Positions 49,901-60,348 of a stretch of DNA of 64,000 bases are shown here, piece after piece. A model generated the notes under the pieces. That model ran no database searches. It was given only the letters and a program-made list of their open reading frames with translations, and was not told the DNA's origin. This DNA comes from Nemertoderma westbladi (Eukaryota; Animalia; Xenacoelomorpha). How positions within the stretch are numbered: position 1 is the first letter of the stretch; every line of letters starts with the position of its first letter. The position numbers and the translations under genes are program-made. The stretch lies in contig JAUCBJ010009037.1 of the NCBI GenBank assembly GCA_032718475.1, positions 1 to 64,000 of the forward strand. The letters are read 5' to 3'.

Positions 49901-51609
49901 GAAATATAGTGTCGTTATTCAGGTACCTGCCCCCGGATGTAGGACAATTCTGTCCCGGACAATTCGATCCGGACAATTCGGGCCCGGACAATTCGGTCCC
50001 AAAACACTAAATAAATGGGACCGAATTGTCCGGGACCGAATTGTCCGGGACCGAATTGTCCGGGACCGAATTGTCCTAGGACCGAATTGTCCGGGACCGA
50101 ATTGTCCTGTCCCTGATAGCAACTATTTAGTGCTTTTTTTTATATTGGTGAATGTTCTAGAACATTACTGTAGTAGAGATATTTTTTTATGTTAGCTAGT
50201 GTTTTTTACTAGCTAGAATTTTTTGAAATTTTAAAAATACTGTATTTTTTTTATTTTTGTTATTGGTAAGTGTTCGAGAACATTATTATATATTATTTAT
50301 TAAGGCGTAGCTAGTGTTTTCTTTTACTAGCTATCATTTTCTTGAAATTATAAAAAAACTTGTGAAAACATCGATATTTCAGAATTAGGCCTAAACTGTT
50401 GCTGATTACATTAATTCCCAAAAATATTGATGATATTATAACAGTCCCTGAATGGGCATTACTGTGATAGCTATCTCCATTTTTTGTAATTCTTAAAATA
50501 TGTTTAATAACTATGGTTTTTATTCTAGAAAATTTTAATAAACGTGTTCGTTATTATTTTCATAATGACTGACCCTAACATTTCGAAATTGCATCTTTAT
50601 TGGCAACAGAAGAGAGCGCTATTCGGCTATTATATATTTATTACTTTTGCTCAATCGGTTGGATTACTACCTACTGGTAGTGACATTATTTTAATTTTCG
50701 CCATCATTTTTTTAGCTACAAGTGTTTAAAAAAGTTGTCTCCATCGATATTGCACCACTTACACCGCAGTTACATGTATTCTTCCTTATAGTGATGCTGA
50801 ATGTCGTGAAAAATAGCTGATATATATATGGGCGTTCGAAAATTGCTTGGTTTTTCATCTGCGCGAGGCTATTTTAGAATATTTAAAAAATACACAATTT
50901 CTGAACATTATACAGTATTTATCTCAAAATAAAAGTAGCTGGGCAACACATTGTAAATCGCATCATATATTGGTTCTGAAAATTGATATGAGAAGCAATA
51001 ATTTACTTTTTTCAAAATTGGCACTGCGGTTGACATTTGCGTGGAATGAGCCTGCGATATCTACTGTAAATACCATCTCCCTTTAATACAACAACCATTT
51101 TGAGAGGGTCGGAGCTACCCGGCAGTTTTTTTCAAATTTCAATCATAATCCTCGAAATTTGGTTGATGATAGTTCGAAATTTTTTCTTACTGCTGCAGAG
51201 CCGGATTTTTTAATTTATGAGCTACAGTATTTCGATACAACAAGCCGATAATAAACGCCTTTTTAGGAATATTTAACCATCTCTGTTGGCTTAATTTTTC
51301 GTCTTTTTAATGTAATCTAGATATTATGAGAACTGCCTTTAACTGCAGATTCCAAATCTGAAAACCGTTTTAAATTTCATCAACAATAATTGTCAAAGAT
51401 ACAGTATTATCAACATAATAAGGTGTACAATTTGAGACGTAAATCGCTATAATTCTAATGTTTTATTTACTCAATTCTAGAATATTAATTACACCTAAAT
51501 AAAGAAACATGATGGAGAGTTTTAAAGGCTCAAATAAATAATAATTTATATTCTAGAATAAAGATAAAAAACAGGGGGGCAGGTACCTGAAATAAAGACA
51601 CAATATTTC
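49901..51609. mobile_element. TIR element immediately upstream of the P450
   Basis: GAAATATAGTGTCGTTATTCAGGTACCTGCCCCC is inverted at 51575-51609. TSD not resolved. Confidence 0.6.
49935..50113. mobile_element. Fold-back MITE of GGACAATTCGGTCCC repeats (MULE-like TIR type)
   Basis: Four repeats face six inverted repeats. Similar architecture to the ends of 11526-12819. Confidence 0.7.
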
Positions 51610-53173
51610 ATGTAATGTAATACAGTAGCATACTTTAAATAATTCCTCACTAGGCCTACATATTACAGTGGTCACAAGAGCTGGTTGATTACAATTTAGC
51701 CAAAATTGTGCCTTGCATTTAATTACCCGATAATGATAATACTGTAGGCCTATGTACTGTACTGTCTGTACAATTGTCTTCCTACATACCTTTTATTGTT
51801 ATACATTAGAAGGCGAAACCTTCGCGACTCTTATAATTTGGCATCGGCTTACCATTAATTAAATAATCAAACGTAAAGGGATAAATAATACAGTTTAGTA
51901 GAATGGTCACAAAAAGGGGGTGCGGGTATCGTATGTCTTAACATTGTGGGGAGTAGGAGCGAGGAAGATTTTGCAGGTTTTCTTTCATCTTTAATGGCTT
52001 AATGCCAAACAAATACAATGAGGTGGGGAGGGGGGGGGGACTTGTCGCAAATCCCTCCTTGGCGAATTAATATCTCCTCGCTTCAATGTTAAATTAAAAT
52101 TATCAATTTAGGGAAAGGAGCAGGTTACATTGGCATTGGCACGTTATTCTAACAAAAACAATAAACTAAAGTTAATAGAACAGGTTACAACTTTTTTGGG
52201 GAGTAATCAGCTGTTATTTGCGTCGAATTTCCCTAGTGGAGCTGGAGTGGGGTGAATTTTTACTAATCATGTTTCTGTACAGGGCTGGATTAAGCCAAAT
52301 TGGCGCCCGGGTTTAAGCGCGACAATAAAAAATTGTAGGTCCTACATAGTAGTGATCGGAATACACCATGTCCTGGAATTATAGTGTTGTAATTCAGTGA
52401 CACGGCCACCCCCAATATCTTTCTCTAATCTTGATCAGATTGTATGAAATTTGAAACAGAAATACTGTACTGTAGTTGCACCCCCCTCGTTGCTCGACCT
52501 TAGTGGGTGCGCAACAATTTTTATTTTTGCTTTCAATCTTTAGTTACAAGAGTTTGATATTGCACCAGACATATTGCAGAGCTATTCCTTAACCTATCCA
52601 CGTCGCCCTTTCATTGGAAAACTCAGTATTCCCATCGCTTTTCATTTTGAGAAAAACGCCAAAGACTTTGGAAGTTCTGCGATTGATGACCAAAGCAATG
52701 AATTCAACCAAAGATTTGTCAGAACCAAGCAGGTTGTTTTTCTAAATTTGTTAGTGAAATTTATAGGGCCTAGATTTCTAAATTTTTTAAACTTGTTTAG
52801 AAATATTTCTAAAACTAAATATTGAAAATAACAAATTTAAAATTAATATATTACTTTACAGAGTTTTAAATAGAAACACATGAATCAGAATTTAACATTA
52901 ACTCCTGTAATATCAAATACACTCATTTGTGGTATTGTTTTTACGTAGATTGACATAGACTGTATACAATCATCACAGTCTAGGGGTGTTTCACTGACAT
53001 TCCCGTAATTTAAAGTCTTTTTAGAGCATTTTTCAAGGAAACATGAAAAATAATAGCTGAGGGTTGATTAGGTACAGTTAGCCTAGGCTGAGTGTGAGTC
53101 GGTCATGTGGAAAGGGACCAAGTCTGACCGGGTGGTAATCCTACCGTGAACCTTAGGCATTCAGCGCGACCTG

Positions 53174-54446
53174 TGTACGCGCTTTTGAAGACCTTTAGCA
53201 GTTTAACCTGCCAAAATTTATATGTCTTTTGGTTTATAGATATACTTTAGAAGATGACAAATATTTAATACCAATAAACACAACATTAGCAGAAGCCAGC
53301 CTAGTGCGCGTCCATTCACCCGCTGGATAATCCCGGGAGACTGGATTCTGAGGGCTTAAATTATTATTGCAGTGAAGCTTACTGTATTGTATTATTCGAT
53401 TGATCGTTAATAATTAATTTCTGACTAATATTATTTACTTTCGGGAAATATTAACAGTTCCTTTAGGACGTGGCGCTCTATTTAAATAGACAGAGATATG
53501 ACTTATACTAATCACAACGGTAAGTCAGTAAGGCTTAAGATTCACGTATGAGGCGCATTCTTTAGGAAATGCTTAGTTATCAATCACAATCATGCACACT
53601 ACCGGTAACACACAATACTGCTCACTAATTTGCCGACCGTCAATGAATTTTATCATATATAAAGCGAACAGCAATTGACTCATGTAGGGCTTATCAAATA
53701 GCATTAAATTCACTACAAACCACAACAATATAAGTCGCAATCGCTATATATAACCCGTCTCTCTAACCTGTAGTGTATCAAGAAAATTGGGAAATTTGGG
53801 TTCTTTATATATGTTCTCCAAATAATATTCAACCAAACACAAAAGTAAATGGCAGTATAATAATGTATATTGAACCGATAATACAAGAATAGAAACAAGT
53901 TGATATAAATTGATATATGATGTATTATGAATTGATAACAGTCATACGCTCTATAATTTAAGCCTACTAATGTTTCTTCTAAAAGTATGAAACGAATTGA
54001 TTCTAGAGCCGTTGTTCCTGGCCTAGACAGCAATAACAACAAAGTATCAAGAAAAAACAGTAAGACTGAACACTCTCCTTATGATCGACCGAAAAGCTAC
54101 ACGTCGACAGGAAAAATTGCTCTGATTGGTTCAAGCCAAACAAAGAACCATGCGTCCAATGGCTGTTTCCATGTCAGCAACCAGCTGTTAGATGTCGTAA
54201 TATGAATCATCACGGCTAAGCTATGAAAGGTATTTGTCGCATTGCAGGTTTTTTGCCTTACCATGTCCGCTAAAACATGTATATAGCAGAATGACTTTTA
54301 TGTCCGTTAAAACACCTGTAAAGGTACCTTGCGGGCGAGGGGAATATATATACAGTTAGAGAACCCTTTTTAGAGTATTCCAGCGCCTGGGGGGAAACTG
54401 GATTGCGAAGCAAAAGGGCCAGTTATATCCCACAGAAGCTTTTACA
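53174..54446 (-). repeat. 3' LTR of the BEL/Pao element (1273 bp)
   Basis: Minus strand TGTAAAAGCTT...GCGCGTACA, preceded by purine-rich GGGAGCGG (PPT-like, 54447-54454). Homologous to both solo LTRs. Predicted TSD ACCTG at 53169-53173. Confidence 0.88.
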
Positions 54447-54524
54447 CCGCTCCCAGAAAATGGGATTTGAGTCTATACAATATACAAAATCACAGTTTCT
54501 AATATACGTAAATACTCTAAACAG

Positions 54525-57500
54525 TTAGTCTTTCTTGCGCGGACGGCGTTTACGCAGTTTTTTAAAGCTAGCCAGAGTCCTTTTCTCTTTGGGGCGAGCC
54601 ACTTTACAAGGAGGGCTATAACTCCTGGGTGAAGGGTACAATATGATTGCATCAGAGGGTGTAGGATTATGGTCGGTGTATCCGCCAGTCGAAGTACCGG
54701 GTTGATTGACATCAACGTCAGGTGAGAGGGGTCTAACGGCTTTGAGAGCTCGTTTCAAGACAGCCGCTCTTACGGGTCCTTTACGAGTGGTCTGAACGAG
54801 GGCCGTGGGTGGACCATAGGCAGTTAGAAACTTCCGGGGTTTAATGGTCCTTTCCAACTCGCGTTCGCGGGCTCGGTATTCGTAAGGCCGTCGATGTACT
54901 TCCTGCAACTCGGGGTGTGAGTTAACAAACAAGTCTCCATAGTCCGGATCCTGACGGATATAATTGATTAAGTTATAGGAATGAAGGTCGCTATGATTAA
55001 CACTCCTGAGAAATTTGCGTACGAATTTAGTTGAAATACATTCTCCGACGCGCTTCAGTAGCTCGTAACTTGATATGCGTGATTTCTGTTCAACAGAAGC
55101 GAATAGATAAGGATGGAACGCATAAACTCCTTCGTAAGCGCGTCCGGGATAATAGCGATGGCGCGAATCACAATGTAAATCAGCGTTCGCTTCCCAAGCT
55201 CTGATGTAACGCAGTGTGATCATTTCATCTACGCTTTCCAAATCGTGATTAAAAGGGCAGTCGAAACTAGCATGTCCCTTTAGTTGACAATGGTGACATT
55301 GAGTCATAAATTGAGGGCAAACCGCAAAGATATGCAGGTTATTGAGTCTGCAATATGCGCAATAAATTTCCATAGTCGGTTGTTCTTGGAAATAGGAACA
55401 GCGGACGTTGGTGTCCATGGGCGTATCGTGGTCTCTCGATGCGCATAACCGACAACGTTGCCTAGAAACATAGTTGGCATGGCGATAATCGTACGCAGTG
55501 AGACACTGTGGGCCTTGATACCATTCTATGATGTAATCGTTGTCGCTGGTCCGGGGCGCGATAGGCTGAATCTCTTCAGATTCTAGACATATTGGTTCGT
55601 CTTCCAAGTGCATAGCTGAAGTGGGCGTGTCTGTCTCTTCAGGTGGACCTATCGTCTGAATTTCCACGACAGAATAACCTGTGGGAATTCGAGGTCTTTG
55701 TATAACTGAGGAGTGCAAGTTCGATATACAAATCTCTTGGAAAATGGCGAATCCAGCGCTATCCAACTTCTCTGCAGCTGAGTTTCTTAGGCTGAGTTTG
55801 GTCAAAGCGCGGTCTTTAAATTGGCTATCCACGTTGCGGAACGGGGTTAAAAATCTCCGGAAACATTCGAAATGGATGAATTTATTATGTTCATCTAGCT
55901 TAGCGAGTTTGGTCCCAAGTATTAATGGATGGGCGCGTATAGTACGACTGCACACATCAGCTAGCCAACCGGCAAGTGCGGTGTTTTCAAAGATCGTGTA
56001 TATAGCTAACGAGGGACGGAGTGGAACACTCATGAAGCTATACACGGCGCCAGGTGCGGTCAATGGTCCATCAAAGTATAATCGAGAATAATGGTCTCCG
56101 TATACCTGTTGATAGTTAATGGGATTTCCGACTTTGAAATTCCATCCGTATTCCTGAAAGGCAAGATGTCCGATGGAAGTTCGTTGCACCTTGGTAATGT
56201 TGCTAGACGTATTAGCATACATGGTGCGGAAGAAACCTCGACCTTCTGCCCAAGGAGCAATCAGCTGAGTATCAACGAAAGGGTATGGAATGTCCTCCAT
56301 ATTCCGAAAGTTGTTTTGTAGATCTCCATAAACAGCTGAGCCGATTTTAAGGATTCTTTCATTGAACAACATCTCGAGTACGGGCTGGGGTAACATCGAT
56401 CCATCGATGCCCATGGCCGGTTTGCGTTCGGTGTCAATGACGTAACGCTGCGCGAGTTCGAATTGTCCATGTCGGAGATTCTTTTGTGTTTCGGTAAGAG
56501 TTTCAAAAGAATAATCAATCAAGTCGGAACACGCTCGAGTAAACACGTGGGTAGAACCAGCTAATCCGCGGATGTGGATCATGCGCGTAGTTCCTAGCTC
56601 TCCGACCGGAACGCTACCTTCATTATCGTAGGTGACAACTCCATACATCTCAATAACATTAAGAGTTTCATTCCACTCCTTGGTGGCGTTTTCTAGGGTC
56701 ATCCCTACTGGATGCCACAAAGTGGCGCATTGGTTAGCGTCAGGGAGATCACTATACTTCATATGCCGAGTGGTATATGTCTCCACATTTCCATATCTTT
56801 GTATTTTCTCTTCTTCAAATAATACATCTAGATTCCAATGGACTAATCGAGTTTTAATAAATCCATCGAGGTTATAAGGAGGTTCTATATCTTTCTCGAT
56901 TCGAGAAATGTTATATGGTTTTCTAAATGAGTTAATGTCTAGAGGATTTATTAGTGGTAGAAACTTTAAATCATGTGTCGGGTCTTCTGGTTTTACCATA
57001 TAATATTGAGTCAGATTAACGTAATAAGGGTGGTCTTTAATCCCGTAAAACGAGTTCTGTAAGGGTCTAGCGCGTATGTTGACATCGTGTACCATACGAC
57101 GGACAAGATCCGCTCGATTGTCCGGAGGTTCAACGAGTATACCGTCAACACGAGCGGCCTCGATCGGCGGACGCTGTAACATAGGGGCGTCAGCGATAAG
57201 GTTTTGCGATCCTGTACTGATATCAACCGGTTGAGGTTGTATCGTCGCGAAGAGTTTGTCTCCGAAATGTGGAATCATAGAGGGATGACGAACGGTTTTA
57301 GAGTAGAGGTCCGTCATGAGGATTTGAGCTTCAGGTTGGGCTAAAGCGGCTTCTTCTCTTTCTTCCAGTTTCGTGTGTTTCTCTTCGATTAGATTTTCTT
57401 CCGCTTGTCTCTGTAAGCATTCATCTAAAAATTCTTGTAGAGAATACGTGCGTCCAAGCTCGATGTCTTCCTCGAGGTTTTGAATTTCTCTATCGAACTG

Positions 57501-58730
57501 TGGCAAGGCTAACTCCTTCACCGATTGGACTTGTTGTTGTAATTTACGTTTCTCTAAACAATCTTGTGTTCCCTTTCCGATTTTCTGTCGAATGGCGTCT
57601 AAAGCGTTTCTTATAACGCTCTCCTCGACTTCCGTGGCGGGTTGTATCGGGTTTAATCCTGGACGATTGTAAGGATCAAAGGGTAATATTAGCTGCCCGC
57701 GTCCCAATCCGGCTAAGTAGGATGGGCGGATGTCTAACGAACCCACTACCGGAGCACCACCGATTAATTGTTCGGGTAACACTAAGTCTTTGAACAGGGA
57801 ATATAGTTCGGGAGGATCAGTGATACTGTTAGGATCAAGAGTTTGAGGTCTCACGAGGGAATGAGGAGGCCTGACCGAGTATTCCGGAACTCTGATCATG
57901 GGTTTATTCAGTGATCGTTTAAGACGAGCGATCGTGGGTGGTACGTCGAACAGGTTTCGCTCGAAACTCCCGTAAGTGTAACGCGTAAAACTATGTTTAG
58001 CGCAACGTCTCCGCGGATGTTTATGTCTTTCAATTTGTTGGTTGGGTCTAGGGCATTCGTCGCAATAATACCAAAGACGCACGTCCTGTAGAGGAAACGC
58101 GGGTGATCGTTCTCCAGTTTTGCAGTATTCTTCCATTTGTTCAAAACTATCCGGGATAACAGGTAGTGGACGATCGGCAGTAAGATACATCATAGTGAAA
58201 TAGAGCCGTTTGAGTTCTACTACAGGGTCGTGATGGATACCTTGAGGATATCGAGTCTCTAAGTTCTGCTGACTAGCGACGTTGAGATAGGTTTCTCTCA
58301 AAAACTCTAAGTATTCGTTGAAGTCGATGCGTTTATCCGGTTCTTCAACGTTTTCTCTTTCCAGTCTATTACGAATAGAATTTTCGTGATCTATTCTCGG
58401 TTTATCGTTACGACTCCGCTGGGTATGATATTTAAATAGAACCATTTCCCTTTCTGTATCTACATCGTCCGTATCATGTAAATCGATAGGATGGCCGGTC
58501 ATTAGGAAGTCCATATACGTACCATTACGATTCGTATAGCGAGTGGTGAATTTTCGATAGTCCAATTCACGCGCAAGTTGCTCTTGGGACATCGGCGGTT
58601 CGATATAACGACCATCGTCCTCCGTAATGGTTGGATCGGCTTCACCGCGTATTAAGCTATCCACAAATGCTTGTAAAGGTAGAGTATATCGCTCCCTAAT
58701 ACCAAGATCATCTTCTATTAACTCCGTCAT
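54525..58730 (-). CDS. BEL/Pao extra ORF (1401 aa): DEDDy-like 3'-5' exonuclease domain plus CCHC zinc knuckles
   Basis: Uninterrupted 4.2-kb ORF between pol and the PPT. ExoI VVTYDNEG (D702/E704), ExoII LFNERILKIGSAVYGD (D803), FVDTQL, ExoIII PLRPSLAIYTIFE (Y911/E915). Three CCHC-type motifs at aa 1093-1158. Basic C-terminus. Confidence 0.8.
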   Translation of the reverse strand: MTELIEDDLGIRERYTLPLQAFVDSLIRGEADPTITEDDGRYIEPPMSQEQLARELDYRKFTTRYTNRNGTYMDFLMTGHPIDLHDTDDVDTEREMVLFKYHTQRSRNDKPRIDHENSIRNRLERENVEEPDKRIDFNEYLEFLRETYLNVASQQNLETRYPQGIHHDPVVELKRLYFTMMYLTADRPLPVIPDSFEQMEEYCKTGERSPAFPLQDVRLWYYCDECPRPNQQIERHKHPRRRCAKHSFTRYTYGSFERNLFDVPPTIARLKRSLNKPMIRVPEYSVRPPHSLVRPQTLDPNSITDPPELYSLFKDLVLPEQLIGGAPVVGSLDIRPSYLAGLGRGQLILPFDPYNRPGLNPIQPATEVEESVIRNALDAIRQKIGKGTQDCLEKRKLQQQVQSVKELALPQFDREIQNLEEDIELGRTYSLQEFLDECLQRQAEENLIEEKHTKLEEREEAALAQPEAQILMTDLYSKTVRHPSMIPHFGDKLFATIQPQPVDISTGSQNLIADAPMLQRPPIEAARVDGILVEPPDNRADLVRRMVHDVNIRARPLQNSFYGIKDHPYYVNLTQYYMVKPEDPTHDLKFLPLINPLDINSFRKPYNISRIEKDIEPPYNLDGFIKTRLVHWNLDVLFEEEKIQRYGNVETYTTRHMKYSDLPDANQCATLWHPVGMTLENATKEWNETLNVIEMYGVVTYDNEGSVPVGELGTTRMIHIRGLAGSTHVFTRACSDLIDYSFETLTETQKNLRHGQFELAQRYVIDTERKPAMGIDGSMLPQPVLEMLFNERILKIGSAVYGDLQNNFRNMEDIPYPFVDTQLIAPWAEGRGFFRTMYANTSSNITKVQRTSIGHLAFQEYGWNFKVGNPINYQQVYGDHYSRLYFDGPLTAPGAVYSFMSVPLRPSLAIYTIFENTALAGWLADVCSRTIRAHPLILGTKLAKLDEHNKFIHFECFRRFLTPFRNVDSQFKDRALTKLSLRNSAAEKLDSAGFAIFQEICISNLHSSVIQRPRIPTGYSVVEIQTIGPPEETDTPTSAMHLEDEPICLESEEIQPIAPRTSDNDYIIEWYQGPQCLTAYDYRHANYVSRQRCRLCASRDHDTPMDTNVRCSYFQEQPTMEIYCAYCRLNNLHIFAVCPQFMTQCHHCQLKGHASFDCPFNHDLESVDEMITLRYIRAWEANADLHCDSRHRYYPGRAYEGVYAFHPYLFASVEQKSRISSYELLKRVGECISTKFVRKFLRSVNHSDLHSYNLINYIRQDPDYGDLFVNSHPELQEVHRRPYEYRARERELERTIKPRKFLTAYGPPTALVQTTRKGPVRAAVLKRALKAVRPLSPDVDVNQPGTSTGGYTDHNPTPSDAIILYPSPRSYSPPCKVARPKEKRTLASFKKLRKRRPRKKD

Positions 58731-60348
58731 ATCTGCTATCTGAGTTTATTAATATCAAATAAGTTTGTATTTAGGCGAGCGGGCGTCGCTGCCTACTTTC
58801 TTTGCCCCCGGACAGTGGGATTCTCAGCGCCGATGTACCGTCGTCGCGGTGTTTACGCCAACATGTAGCAACAGCACGACAACGATAACCGGCACAAGTC
58901 ACTCCACTGTCCGTCCCAAAGGCTTGGATCCACTTAGGTTCTTTCTATAGGAGAGTTGGGCTATTTTTACAATTGCGACTAGCTACTGTAAACATACTTT
59001 AGCAGTAACATTCACCTATAAACGCACAAATTCCACACAACTGTCAACAACTGCACACACACAGGCCATTTGTCCGTTAGTCAGTGCCTTCCAGAATGTC
59101 ACTTTATTACTGTGTATCCTTGGATACTAACAGTGTGCTATATTCTATGCTATGCAATGGGACAAGCTTTCTATTGTTCTTTTAACTTGCTTCTAATTCT
59201 AGCGTGGGTGTTGCTATGGTGACATTATGGAATGCTAGCGGTAGAATTAGAGTAATTCTCATGCATACAGATCTGGGATGCTATTTAATAATAATTCTTT
59301 AATTGTCAATATCCTCTTTATGCATGATTTTGTTAATTTTATCGGCTATTGACTATATGTTGGAGATTCTCGCACTCTAATACACTCAATAGGATGAATC
59401 TCCGCTCCCATGATCTATTAATTAATGGAATTTTGGGAATGTTATAAATTGTACAAAATGACAATTTATGAAATTCATTTAAAATATGAATTTAAATTTA
59501 TTCCCGTGAATTTTATTATTTGATGTTAAAATTGACACAATTTGATTCCAGAGCAGGTCTGGGGACATAGGATCTTTAATTCTATAAAATTGTCTTTTAA
59601 GAGTATCGGTAAGTGCTGCGATATCTTAATTGACTAGAAATTTTAAAGGATCTGAATTTTACAGAATTTAATAAATATTAAATTAATATTTAAGATGGGC
59701 ACCGATTTATTCCAGAACTTGTCTGGGGACGTTAACCACTGATTCTAGAATTGGTCTTTCAAGTATATCGGTGGGTGCCGCGATATCTTAATCGACTAGA
59801 ATTACAGATGGTCAAAAGGTTTAACAGATTTATTTGCGTTTTACGCTACTGTTATAGGGACATCACGCTACTATATGTATTATTATATATGGTATGAGAG
59901 CAATATCGCACGAAGCAATGTCAGTGTGAAGAGGCAAGTCGTTTCCAAGGTCTACCCAGAGCTTGGCTTAGCCGAGACACGAGGATCTGAACTTTGCATT
60001 CCTAATACTCTGCCTACCAATAATACTTGAATATAGTAGTGGCTTTATTGTACTTTAAGAAGTACGGACATTTCATCTTACTGTAGTCACGTATTTATAA
60101 TATGATACGGACAGTAAGGAAAGAGAAAATAATTATTTTCTCGCCGTCGCACTAAATATATATTATAAGTAATTACGTACGTAATAAACACTAATATATT
60201 GCACTAATCTACTAAATAATCACTAAAATAACATTCTACTAAATAAAATTGAATAAAAACGATTATAATAAAGTACATAATAAAGTTCACATATAAAAAT
60301 ATAACAAAATAGATAAAATAATATAGTCATACACCCACTCCAGACGTA

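Noticed and set aside
54525-58730. Envelope (env) gene
   Set aside because: No signal peptide, TM anchor or fusion-protein Cys pattern; nuclease, knuckle and NLS-like motifs point to an intracellular protein.
58765-59280. Possible degenerate small env-like or TM ORFs upstream of the extra ORF
   Set aside because: Only short frames with stops and no recognisable motif.
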